DNA of 63,580 nucleotides, filler included, from Pirum gemmata (Eukaryota): the NCBI GenBank assembly GCA_002812295.1. It is 14 parts of 14 records of this genome, joined end to end, with 100 filler letters (N's around TTAATTAATTAA, not from the genome) between each part and the next. Parts side by side here need not be neighbours in the genome. Positions count along the whole stretch, not along the records: positions 50,546 to 54,593 come from PDIN01001592.1; positions 54,694 to 63,580 come from PDIN01001593.1; 12 more parts are not named here. One strand, given 5' to 3'. Below are positions 52,079 through 63,580 of this stretch, in pieces. A model generated the notes under the pieces. The model was not told where the DNA came from and did not search any database. It was given only the letters and a program-made list of their open reading frames with translations. Position 1 is the first letter of the stretch. The number at the start of each line of letters is the position of its first letter. The translations under genes were made by a program, and so were the position numbers.

Positions 52079-52625
52079 TATTATGTCATATTATTATGAT
52101 ATCAGTGATGAATCTGATGATCCATAGCTATCGTAGTAGTAGCTAAAAAAAGGGGACTGTGGTACACGTGACAGAGTTTTATTAGCCCATTCTCCATCGA
52201 GATATCGAGATATCGAAATCGTTCTGGAATTGAATAAATGAAAAAAAAAAAAAAAAAAAATCATTTATTATAAAATCTAGGTCTATAAATCTATAGACTA
52301 GGGTCTATAAATATAAGCATAAAATAAAGAATAAAAAAATATTTCCATTCTGAACTCAATATTCTCAAGTACTTCTCAAGTTTATATATTATGATTATCG
52401 TAATATCATCTGATAATACCTACCTACCTACCTACCTACATATAGATATATTACCAGTATTACCAGTGATGTATTATTGAGGTATTGATTTATAAAAAAT
52501 ATACTATTTCGAACCGATTCATGTCATCTTTTGATCTTTTAATGCACCCACATTTACGTTTAAATATTGATAAGTATTAAGCAAGCTCTTTATCAATATT
52601 AAAAAAAAGATTAAGTTAAATAAAA

Positions 52626-54467
<1,842 letters not shown>

Positions 54468-54703
54468 TAAACTTTGTTTCAATTATAGTTTTAAAGTGAG
54501 TTATTGCTTGCTGATACAAACTACTAAAATTTGAAATCTACATATATATTATATATGTACATCACCCTTATGATGTCCAACCTATGAATGAAANNNNNNN
54601 NNNNNNNNNNNNNNNNNNNNNNNNNNNNNNNNNNNNNTTAATTAATTAANNNNNNNNNNNNNNNNNNNNNNNNNNNNNNNNNNNNNNNNNNNNTTTATTT
54701 ATT

Positions 54704-54892
54704 TATTGTGCTTTTCATTTATTTTGTCACTCCGAATATTTATTTGGCTGTTTATAATATTTAAACTGATACTTTTTAAATAAATAAATATATAAAGAAA
54801 TATACCAAATTTAATAAAATGGATTTATTTTGTATTAATTTGGTAGTATTTATTGTATATTTTATGACGACAAAATAACTGAAAAGCACTAT
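54704..54892 (+). mobile_element. MITE family A
   Basis: TATTGTGCTTTTCATTTATTTTGTCAC...CTGAAAAGCACTAT. Confidence 0.85.
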
Positions 54893-55065
54893 TATTAATT
54901 ATTATTATCAACACTGTTATTATTATCAACACTATTATTATTATCAACACTGTTATTATTATCAACACTGTTATTATTATCAACGCTATTATTATTATTA
55001 TTATTATTATCAAATCCTCTGATAGACAGGAATCACAGGATCCGATACTCAAGGGATACGATAGA

Positions 55066-55369
55066 TAGACTTCTCCGAATTCTGCCCGGGCAGAATTTGG
55101 CCTTTTTCGAGAAATGGCAGAATGGTGTTTTTCCTCTCTAATTCGATCAAAAATTAATTTTTTGAGAAAAAAAAAAGAGATTGATTCTACCACTATAAAA
55201 ATATATAAGCTTTAAAACTTCAAACCTATGTATGAATTAGTAAACTCGAAAAAATTAATTTCGAACAGACCAAACAGACCAGAAATTCTGCTCAGCAGAA
55301 ATCGAGCTTTTCGGGGCAGAAGGCAGAAGCAGAAATTCGAGTTTTAGGGGCAGAATTCGGGGAAGTCTA
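55066..55369 (+). mobile_element. MITE family D, longer copy (about 100 bp extra internal sequence)
   Basis: Same TIR as 25688 with one mismatch and a near-identical body; no matching 8-bp flanks. Confidence 0.85.
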
Positions 55370-55883
55370 GTCTAGGGTTCCCAGGTATGGTTTTCTTGCG
55401 TTTCTGGTTGGTTTGCATCTTTATGAGGCCTTCTGATTGATTGGCGATTTCCTTGAAGTGAAGTTTCCTTTGATAAAATTTTGGAGCCAATGGCTTTATA
55501 AGGAACTTTAAAATATCGCCTTATTCTCTGCTGAGTTCAAGACTTCAAGTTGCGGTACCGCTGCACTGCTTGTTTTAGACTTTCGATTGGTTATTCATGA
55601 CGCCTGTGCGCCTGTGGCCAGACTATGGTTTTAGGTTTGAGGCTTTGAGTTACTATTCAACTACTCATACTCGGTAATTATAACTATTATTACGGTATAA
55701 TATATTGTTTTTTAAAATTTTGTAAAAGTGTTTTTTAGTTTTATTTTTTTATTTTATTATTTTTTTTTTTTTTTTTTTGTATTTTTAATATTAGTTTTGT
55801 ATTTTTTATTTTTAAAAACAACTCAATGTATAATTTTTATGACATTATTTATTTTATCGTACCCTTTATATTATAATTGTTTA

Positions 55884-56081
55884 TATCGTGCTTTTCATTT
55901 ATTTTGTCATTCTGAATATTTATTTGGAGGGTTATAATCTTTGAATAGACATTTTTTTTAAATCAATAAATAAATAATAAAATATACCTAATTAAATTAA
56001 ATGGATTTAAATTTACATTGCATTAATTTGTTACTATTTATTGTTTATTTTATAATGACAAAACAAATGAAAAACACTATA
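55884..56081 (+). mobile_element. MITE family A
   Basis: TATCGTGCTTTTCATTTATTTTGTCA...TGAAAAACACTATA. Confidence 0.85.
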
Positions 56082-56380
56082 CAAAGTAGGCGACATATTA
56101 TTGTCTAGTGATATTGTCTTATATAAATAAGCAAGTTATAGCAAGCATTGCAGAGTTTATATAGCCAAAAAGTGCTTCCTCCAATAGTATACACTCTACT
56201 ACTCTACTAATTAACTCTAATTTTTTATACCCTAGAATACTCAACTGAATACTCCTAGAATTATATTCGCATTAATATTCTTTTTCTAAATGAGCCCTTC
56301 TTTTTACCAATATCAGATTCTAGATAATCTAACCATAAATTACTATTTATGGNGAAGGTGTTAATAGAAGAGTATTAAAC

Positions 56381-56994
56381 CTGAAGGATATAACAACGCA
56401 TAACTTTGTTCATTTTCAATTTCTTTAACCTTATCGCTTTCTTCGTCGTAGTTCAAGAAGGAAGCTTCAAGCTTACCAATGATTTTTTCACAACGAACTA
56501 TTATATAAAAAGTGGTAATAGTAAATTGTGGTGGTGGTGGTGGTGGTGGTGGTGGTGGTGGTGGAAGTGGTTGCTGATGTTATTATTGTTATTGTCATTG
56601 TGGTTGTTGTGGTTGTTGTGGTTGTTGCGGTTGTTGTGGCTGTTGTGGTTGTGGTTGTGGTTGCTGTTGTTGGTGTTATTGTTATAGTTGTTATTATTGC
56701 TATTGTTGTTGTTGTTATTGTTATTGTTGTTGCTTTTATTTTTATTGCAGTTATTATTGTTGTTGCTGTCGCTGTCGTTGTTTAGGTTGTTTTGATTATT
56801 ATTATACCTACGGTTGGGTGTTGTAATCTTGAGTAAATGTAAGGATTAACAACGTTTTCATCTCTGTCAGTTTCTTGTAAAAAAGTGGTTGAAACACTAA
56901 TTGGGGCAGCTAAGGAAGTATCATAGCCATAGTGTTCTTCATCAAAATTTTTAATCTGATCTGCATGAATGCAATTTGTATCAAATCCAAACAT
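56381..56994 (-). CDS. 5' two exons of a Cys/Met metabolism PLP-dependent enzyme (cystathionine gamma-lyase/synthase family)
   Basis: Exon 1 56994-56808 (MFGFDTNCIHAD...LAAPISVSTTF...YIYSRLQHPTV) joins in phase to exon 2 56497-56381 (VRCEKIIGKLE...YALLYPSG), matching the family motifs T-x-x-IHA, PI-x-x-STTF, YSR-x-x-(N/H)PT, LE and SG. Later exons were not recognised. Confidence 0.8.
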
Positions 56995-57048
56995 TGTTAC
57001 TGTTATTATTACTATTGTTGCTGTTGTTGTTGTTGTTGCTGTTGTTGC

Positions 57049-57094
<46 letters not shown>

Positions 57095-57156
57095 ATTTAA
57101 TTGTATAATTGTTTATTGTTTAATTATTCAATTATTTAAGTATTTAAGTATAAAAA

Positions 57157-57299
57157 GGGAGCGTTCAAATACTGTTCAAATACTACGGAAGGCCAACTTT
57201 CAGTCAAATGCAGCTTCAAATACCCCTACCTACATACCTCTCGACGTTAATTTACGGTCAAATACCACCTATCTACCTACCCCTTGACGTGACGTATTT
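57157..57299 (-). mobile_element. MITE family F
   Basis: GGGAGCGTTCAAATACT...CTACCTACCCCTTGACGTGACGTATT, reverse complement of the 17022 copy. Confidence 0.7.
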
Positions 57300-57392
57300 A
57301 CTATACCATATATAGATATAATAGACTCTTATAATAATAATAATAATAATATGTACATCAGACGTCTACTACTAGTATTTCTAGCTAGTAGC

Positions 57393-57620
57393 TAGGGTTA
57401 GGGTTAGGGGTTAGCGTTAGCGTTAGCGTTAGCGTTAGCGTTAGCGTTAGCGTTTTAGGGTTAGGGTTAGGGTTAGGGTTAGGGTCTAGCTAGGGGTTAG
57501 TAGCTAGGGTTAGGGTTAGGGGTTAGGGTTAGGGGTTAGCGTTAGCGTTAGGGTTAGCGTTAGGGTTAGGGTTAGGGTTAGTTAGGGTTAGGATTAGGGT
57601 CTAGCTAGGGTTAGGGGTAG
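57393..57620 (+). repeat. TTAGGG/TTAGCG interstitial tract
   Basis: Blocks of TTAGGG alternating with TTAGCG and CTAG insertions. Confidence 0.85.
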
Positions 57621-57648
57621 CTAGCTACTAGCTACTACCACTAGCTAG

Positions 57649-57774
57649 TTTGGTATTGTATAAGTGTATAACTGAACTTGTTTATAAAATAAAACATTAC
57701 ATATAAAATACCAAATTGTCTGATAGTTTAACCATAATAATAATTTGCTATGTTTATTTCAGTTTTTGAACTGG
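57649..57774 (+). mobile_element. MITE family B fragment
   Basis: TTTGGTATTG...GAACTTGTTTATAAAAT...TTTATTTCAGTTTTTGAACTGG. Confidence 0.7.
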
Positions 57775-58064
57775 CAAAACATAAGAGCAAAACACTGGGG
57801 CAAAACATTAAAACTACTAGTCTAGTCTAGACTATCTAGACTCTAGCTAGCTAGTAGCTACTAGCTAGTATCATAGCACTCTAGCTAGCTAGTACGATAG
57901 CTAATAATAATAATAAAATTATTATAATAATTATCATAATAATAATAATAATAATTAAATTTATCTTACGCTTTTTTTGTTTTATAGATTGTGATTGGTT
58001 GTTTATTAAAACTTAGGCCTAGGGTATGTCACAAATTCAAGTTTACAAATTAAACCAGGAAAAA

Positions 58065-59207
58065 CTAATTTAAAAAAAGTAACTTAAAGGTAGCAATTAC
58101 TGGAAGAATAACATATGAAGCATGCACGACAGTAGCAGCAGAACCTACCTTTGCCTTTTGGACTCCTTGTGGTGTCTCACCACTTTTCTTGTCGGCATCA
58201 CCTTCATTATCTTTTATCTCAGAAGATGGTTTGGTAGTAGGTACAACAACAGGTTCATTTTCATCACCTTCATTATCTTTCATCTCAGAAGTTGGTTTGG
58301 TAGTGGGTATAACAACAGGTTCATTTTCACCTTCAATATCTGTTGGTTTGGAACTAGGTATAACAACAGGTTCATTTTCAGCTACAATCTCTTGATCGTA
58401 AACATTATCCTGATTATTATGATTCTCGGTATTGTCAACAGGTGAAACGGTTGTTGGCTTGCAAATCTTAGTACATGTCTGTGCTTTTTTACTCAAATCA
58501 CATTTTTTACCACCATGGTCAGCATTTAGAAATATTTTTTGAGAGCAATTTCTTGAACCAACCACAATGTACTCTTCAGATTTGGAATGGTCATTGCACT
58601 TTGCTTGGCATTCTGTACAACTACTCGAGTCTACTTCAGCCACGCAATCAACTGGTGCTTGGTATGCGGTACATTGGCGTGAGCAGTTCATTTTAATTGG
58701 GGTTTTGTTGCAAGCTTTTCCACCGAATTGCGCAGCTGTTACTACTTTTACTTGGCAAATTTTCTCTCCCGTAGCCTCATAAGCATCAGCAGCTTTGGGG
58801 TGACAAGTGGCAGAACAACTTCCACAGGCTTGGTCATTAATATCGGTATAACAATCGACTGGTTTACGGCACCTTTTGATTCCGATAGAAATAAGTCCAC
58901 CATTGTTTTGTTTATGTTTAGCTTTAATTTCTACAATGTCGTAATTTCCATTCGAGCTCCAACGAGTAACTTCTTTGCTGTTGCCACAAGTCCAATCAAA
59001 ATGATCCTTATGACCTGAAAAGAGAATAACCCTTTCCGATCCATTAGTACTTAACTTAACGTCACCAGCATCACCGCCTTTAACAGTCACAGAATCGTGT
59101 CGACATCTTTCCCAAGTCCATTCTTCTTTTTCGCATACAGTCGGCCTAGAACTTGACGCTGAAGCAGCAGCCAAAAGGGAAGCAATAATTATTTGATTCA
59201 TAAACAT
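58065..59207 (-). CDS. Secreted, probably GPI-anchored surface protein with two spondin-type TSR-like repeats, 380 aa
   Basis: Signal-like N-terminus (IIIASLLAAASASS), Cys/Trp-containing N-domain, two PVDC...CSATC/CQAKC...GGKxC...C...C modules, three ENEPVV(I/V)P-x-x-KP stalk repeats, and a small-residue site plus hydrophobic tail (GSAATVVHASYVILPVIATFKLLFLN). Confidence 0.85.
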   Translation of the reverse strand: MFMNQIIIASLLAAASASSSRPTVCEKEEWTWERCRHDSVTVKGGDAGDVKLSTNGSERVILFSGHKDHFDWTCGNSKEVTRWSSNGNYDIVEIKAKHKQNNGGLISIGIKRCRKPVDCYTDINDQACGSCSATCHPKAADAYEATGEKICQVKVVTAAQFGGKACNKTPIKMNCSRQCTAYQAPVDCVAEVDSSSCTECQAKCNDHSKSEEYIVVGSRNCSQKIFLNADHGGKKCDLSKKAQTCTKICKPTTVSPVDNTENHNNQDNVYDQEIVAENEPVVIPSSKPTDIEGENEPVVIPTTKPTSEMKDNEGDENEPVVVPTTKPSSEIKDNEGDADKKSGETPQGVQKAKVGSAATVVHASYVILPVIATFKLLFLN

Positions 59208-59489
59208 AATGAAAGTAAAAAGGTTTGTTTAAATTAAAAACTAGGAATTTCTACAAGAAAGAAGTCTTTTCAAAAGATCAAAATCGGTTTTAAAAATTAA
59301 TAATTTATTAAAAGTTAATGAGTAATAATAAAAACTACTTTCAATGTAATTTTTACAACGATTTATACTTTTTTTTTTGCCTTGTTATTTTTTTTAATTA
59401 AAAAAAAACCCCCCATGCCCGCGGACCATTTCCAATAAAAAAAAATATTCAATTTTATTTTATTTGGTTTTTTTGGGGGTTTCCAGCTG

Positions 59490-59546
59490 TTTGTTGGTTT
59501 GTTGGTTTGTTGGTTTGTTGGTTTGTTGGTTTGTTGGTTTGTTGGT
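59490..59546 (+). repeat. (TTGGTTTG)n repeat next to an assembly gap
   Basis: Seen directly; gap at 59547-59567. Confidence 0.9.
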
Positions 59547-59611
59547 NNNNNNNNNNNNNNNNNNNNNGCAAGTAAACGGGAAAAAACAAACAAACAAAAA
59601 AAAACTTTCCT

Positions 59612-62600
59612 GTGCTCTTGAAAAATGGGGAGGTGGTCGTAATTGCAAGAAATATAATAAAAGGTAAAAAAATTTCAAAAAGGGAAATTACCCGCAATCC
59701 TTTAAATGGTGGTTTGAAGTGCCCCGATCTTGAATTAGAGGAAGAGTGCAGTATCGATTGCAAATACCCTTGCAAAGCATCCGAGTGGGGTGACTGGGGT
59801 GAATGTGTAGCTGATTGTGTTGCAGACATACCTGTTGCTGAAGGTAAACAACAAAGACATAAAGAAATTGAAAGAGATGGAGAAAATTGCCCAGATCTTG
59901 ATGACGAACGAACATGTACTAAAAAGTGTCCAGTTGATTGTTTAATGTCTAAATGGGTTGAGGGTAAGTGTTATGCACCTTGTACCGGAGCTGCTCCCAA
60001 AGCCTTTGGCACTGCTAACAGAACTAGAACCATAAACAGAAAACCTATTAATAATGGTACAGAATGTGGCGAGCTTGTTGAAAAAATCAGCTGTGAAAAT
60101 GAATGTGATATAACTTGTGCTGTTGGTCCTTGGGCAAATTGGGGTGCCTGCAGTGAGCAGTGTGGCCCTGGTTCAAGTGATATCATCAATGGTACTAGAA
60201 CTCGTACTCGTATTATAACCAGACAAGGAATCAATTGTCCTCCCTTAGACGACGAGGAATACTGCGAAGATCTTTGTCCTGTACCATGCGAATTTAATTA
60301 TATCTTAGGGCCTTGTAACGCTGCTTGCGAAAAATATGACGAAGGTCCTAAATGGGGTGAACAAACAAGATCGATTGTGGTTACTATGGAACCAAGAAAT
60401 AAGGGTAAAGAGTGTCCCACAGAGGCAACCAACAAGCTGTGCAATGTTACTTGTACTCCTGAATGCCGAATGGATGAATGGTCTCCCTGGACTTGCGATG
60501 CAAAATGTCCAAATGATGGACAAACTCCTTTTGCAGATGGTAATCAAACTCGTACTAGACCCGTTTTGGTTCCTGGTGATGGTTGTGAGCCAGCTAATGA
60601 ATCTTTACCATGTCAAGTAGAATGTAATGTTGACTGCAGTGTATCAGACTGGATTCCTGGAACATGTGTTTATGAATGTCAAGAAGGGCAACATGGTGTT
60701 CATTATGGAACGGCCAATGATACTCGGTATATAACCACTGAACCCAGAGGTACTGGTCAAAAATGCCCCGCGTTATCTCGGCCAAGAACTTGTCCACAAG
60801 ATTGTGGAGATGTATGTCAACCAGGGCCTTGGAGTAATTGGGTCTGTAATGTTCCAGAATGTTTAGAGGGTGCCGAAGAAACCAGAGGAAAACAAACTCG
60901 CACAAGAGAGCTGGTCACTGGTAAGCCGGGGTGCGCTAAACTTGAACAAAAGGAAGGTTGCTCTAAACCATGTAAAACAGATTGTGTTCTTTCAGAATGG
61001 ACTGAATCTCCTTGTGATGCAGAATGTAAACCAGGTCAGTCAGGTACAGCAAAAGGAAAACGGTTGTTTCAAAGACACATTTTGACTAGTCCAACCCGAA
61101 ATGGAAAACAATGTGATATACTGGAAAGAAAATTAGATTGTCTTATTGATTGTGGGTCATCGTGTAAATTGTCCAATTGGTCTCCATGGCATTGCGATGC
61201 AAAATGCGAAACCGGACAAACTGTAGCCGAAGGCACTAAAAGTAGAAAGAGAAAAGTTGTAATTCCAGGAAACTGTGGGAAGTTAGAAGAAAGTGAAAAG
61301 TGCATCATTCCTTGTTCTGTTGATTGTAAACTTTCTAATTGGACAAAAGGGCCTTGTGATGCAAAATGCACTGATGATTCTCCTAAAATTATATGGGGTA
61401 AGAGTTTGCTCACTAGATATATAATCCAAAATGCAACAAAGGATGGCAAAGTGTGTGAAGGTTTAACTGACTTCGAAGACTGTACTGTAGACTGCAAACA
61501 AAAATGTGAAACAGAAGAATGGTCCGCATGGGGAAATTGTAATGCTACTTGTACAGATTCAACAAATGGTATTGCTAAAGGTCATCAATTTCGTGAAAGA
61601 AAGGTTAAAACATACGGCGATGGCCAATGCCCTCCGCTAACTGATACGAAAACGTGTGGTATTACAGGATGCGATCAGGATTGCAAAATGTCAGATTGGT
61701 TTTACCATCCTTGTGATGCAAAATGTGGTCCAACTGATTCTACATCAAAAATTGGTAAAAAACTTAAAGAACGTACGATATTGAAGCCTCAAATTGGTAA
61801 TGGTCTACCGTGCGAAAAGACAAAGGACCATGAGGATTGTCTTAAAAAATGTGAGCCAGAAGAGTGCCTTTTGTCCCCTTTTGGGCCATATTCTTTATGT
61901 AATGCAACATGTAATAATCGAGCAAACGAAACTGTAGATCATGTTAGTGGTTACAGAAAAAGAACAAGATCCATTATTAAACCAGGAGCTCGATGCGATG
62001 AGTTGGAACAGTATGATCCATGTGGTGAGCATTGTGATGTTGATTGTGTGTTAGGGGAATGGACCGATGGTTTATGCGACGCTGTTTGCGGGACTGGGCT
62101 CGTTGGTGGTAATGTGACTAGAACAAGAGAAATCCTAGTGCAGCCTAGAAATAATGGACGTAAATGTGACGACTTAAGTAGAGTTGAATACTGTACCAAG
62201 GAATGTAAAACCCCTTGTGAAACAAGTGAATTTATACCTGGACCTTGTAGTGCGAAGTGTGGTGAAGGTTTGGTTAAAGGCAAAAGAATCCTAACCAGAC
62301 AAATTACTCAACAGCCAAAGTATGGTGGGGAAAAATGTGGTAAACTTACTGTAGAAGAAGATTGCGAAAGGCAATGTGAAGTTGATTGTGAATTGGGAGA
62401 TTGGTTTAAGGTTAAAGAGTGTAATGCCTCTTGTACTACTGGTGATATTGATGACGACGGAAATGCCCATGGTTTTTATACCGAAGAGCGCAATGTGACA
62501 AAAGCACCAGAATATAAAGGAAAAGATTGCGAAGAAAAAATGAGAAAACAACCTTGTGAAAAACCTTGTGCTTTGGATTGCGAAATAGGAGAATTCGAAG

Positions 62601-63115
62601 AATCAAGCCCATGTGATGCAGTTTGTGATGGAAAATCTCTTATTGTTCAAGGTTATCGAGAATTTACCCGAACTCTAATTCAACCTAAATTTGGTGGTGC
62701 GGCGTGTCCTAATGCAACTAAAAAAGAACGTTGTAATATTGAATGTGATTTAGATTGTATTGTTGGTGATTGGGAAAATGTGGGTCAATGTAAAGGAAGT
62801 AATTGTCTTAATGGTCAAGGTAATGGTACTATGACACAAAAAAGAACTATAATCCAAGAGCGCACGGGAGATGGCAAACTATGTCCAGATTTAGAGCAAA
62901 CTGTAGAATGCGAACTTCAGAACTGTCCTGTATGTGGGTTTAAGGGTAATACAATTTGTTCTGTGGGTCAAGATGATTGTCCATCGACCGGGGGTATTGT
63001 TTTACGTGGCAATGACACTGTTAGGTATTATGTTACTACCGAACACGTTGACACTTGTCATATGCCAGATGAGATTATCGGGGAATGCGAATATTTTTGT
63101 CCTGAGCAAAAATAA
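59612..63115 (+). CDS. Large thrombospondin type-1/spondin-like repeat protein (about 20 repeats), 5' end missing or corrupted at the gap
   Basis: 3.5-kb open frame of six-Cys modules of about 58 aa with W-x-x-W or W-x-x-G-x-C and R-x-R motifs. No ATG or signal peptide is visible after the gap, and no C-terminal TM segment. Confidence 0.92.
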   Translation: MLLKNGEVVVIARNIIKGKKISKREITRNPLNGGLKCPDLELEEECSIDCKYPCKASEWGDWGECVADCVADIPVAEGKQQRHKEIERDGENCPDLDDERTCTKKCPVDCLMSKWVEGKCYAPCTGAAPKAFGTANRTRTINRKPINNGTECGELVEKISCENECDITCAVGPWANWGACSEQCGPGSSDIINGTRTRTRIITRQGINCPPLDDEEYCEDLCPVPCEFNYILGPCNAACEKYDEGPKWGEQTRSIVVTMEPRNKGKECPTEATNKLCNVTCTPECRMDEWSPWTCDAKCPNDGQTPFADGNQTRTRPVLVPGDGCEPANESLPCQVECNVDCSVSDWIPGTCVYECQEGQHGVHYGTANDTRYITTEPRGTGQKCPALSRPRTCPQDCGDVCQPGPWSNWVCNVPECLEGAEETRGKQTRTRELVTGKPGCAKLEQKEGCSKPCKTDCVLSEWTESPCDAECKPGQSGTAKGKRLFQRHILTSPTRNGKQCDILERKLDCLIDCGSSCKLSNWSPWHCDAKCETGQTVAEGTKSRKRKVVIPGNCGKLEESEKCIIPCSVDCKLSNWTKGPCDAKCTDDSPKIIWGKSLLTRYIIQNATKDGKVCEGLTDFEDCTVDCKQKCETEEWSAWGNCNATCTDSTNGIAKGHQFRERKVKTYGDGQCPPLTDTKTCGITGCDQDCKMSDWFYHPCDAKCGPTDSTSKIGKKLKERTILKPQIGNGLPCEKTKDHEDCLKKCEPEECLLSPFGPYSLCNATCNNRANETVDHVSGYRKRTRSIIKPGARCDELEQYDPCGEHCDVDCVLGEWTDGLCDAVCGTGLVGGNVTRTREILVQPRNNGRKCDDLSRVEYCTKECKTPCETSEFIPGPCSAKCGEGLVKGKRILTRQITQQPKYGGEKCGKLTVEEDCERQCEVDCELGDWFKVKECNASCTTGDIDDDGNAHGFYTEERNVTKAPEYKGKDCEEKMRKQPCEKPCALDCEIGEFEESSPCDAVCDGKSLIVQGYREFTRTLIQPKFGGAACPNATKKERCNIECDLDCIVGDWENVGQCKGSNCLNGQGNGTMTQKRTIIQERTGDGKLCPDLEQTVECELQNCPVCGFKGNTICSVGQDDCPSTGGIVLRGNDTVRYYVTTEHVDTCHMPDEIIGECEYFCPEQK

Positions 63116-63159
63116 TATAATATTTTAAATGCACTATATACAAAAATAAATCTTAAATA

Positions 63160-63295
63160 TTAACACTTTTCTCTTGTTTTTTTGCTTTAATTTTTATTTT
63201 TCTTATTATTTTTATTTTTCTTAATTAAACACTTTTCTCTTGTTTTTTTGCTTTTACTTTTATTTTTCTTATTATTTTTATTTTTCTTAATTAAA
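63160..63295 (+). repeat. Tandem duplication of about 66 bp downstream of the TSR gene
   Basis: AACACTTTTCTCTTGTTTTTTTGCTTT...TTTTTCTTAATTAAA occurs twice. Confidence 0.85.
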
Positions 63296-63580
63296 ATAGA
63301 TGATAAGGTTTATTTGTTTTCAACTGTAAATATTACCAATTATACACAATAAGTAATATGTTTTATTATTATTATTATAATTAAGGTTGATTTTTTAATT
63401 CAGGTCGAAAAAATCAACAAGAACATAACCTAGCCTCCATAATATCACAACCCTTCTCCAAATTAATTTAATCAGATTTTACTTTATTATTAATTAATTA
63501 CCTGAGAATTAATTACTATTATAGAATATAAAAATAACAATAACAATAACAATAACAATAACAATAATAACAATAACAAT

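Noticed and set aside
58122..62551. Numerous antisense and alternative-frame ORFs over the two TSR genes
   Set aside because: Shadows of the real Cys-rich CDSs with no independent motifs.

Overview
AT-rich, microsatellite-rich eukaryotic draft sequence (GT-AG introns, TTAGGG-type repeats, Asn-run proteins; organism not identifiable from the sequence alone). It is not one locus: 13 artificial 100-nt spacers (44 N + TTAATTAATTAA + 44 N) join 14 contigs of mostly about 4 kb, so synteny across spacers means nothing. Host genes, complete or partial: a C2H2 zinc-finger protein, two 5' exons of a Na+/H+ antiporter-like gene, a DDX3/Ded1 exon, the last two exons of a GRASP55/65 gene, an intact POT/PTR2 peptide transporter, a PDZ protein fragment, an Asn-rich hypothetical protein, four DHX33-like exons, two exons of a Cys/Met PLP enzyme, and a divergent pair of thrombospondin-repeat (TSR) genes. 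Decayed piggyBac-like and pogo-like transposases and a LicD-like pseudogene are present. Non-coding DNA is dominated by about nine candidate families of short non-autonomous DNA transposons (MITEs), interstitial telomere-like tracts and local tandem duplications. No rRNA, tRNA or CRISPR array was recognised, and no clearly novel multi-gene system can be claimed. The best leads are two MITE families sharing termini and an internal TAATTTGGTA motif, pervasive palindromic micro-insertions resembling excision footprints, a 32-bp TIR-only element with a 7-bp target duplication, and the alternating-TSR protein paired with a putative GPI-anchored TSR protein. All alignments were done by eye, so repeat boundaries are approximate.
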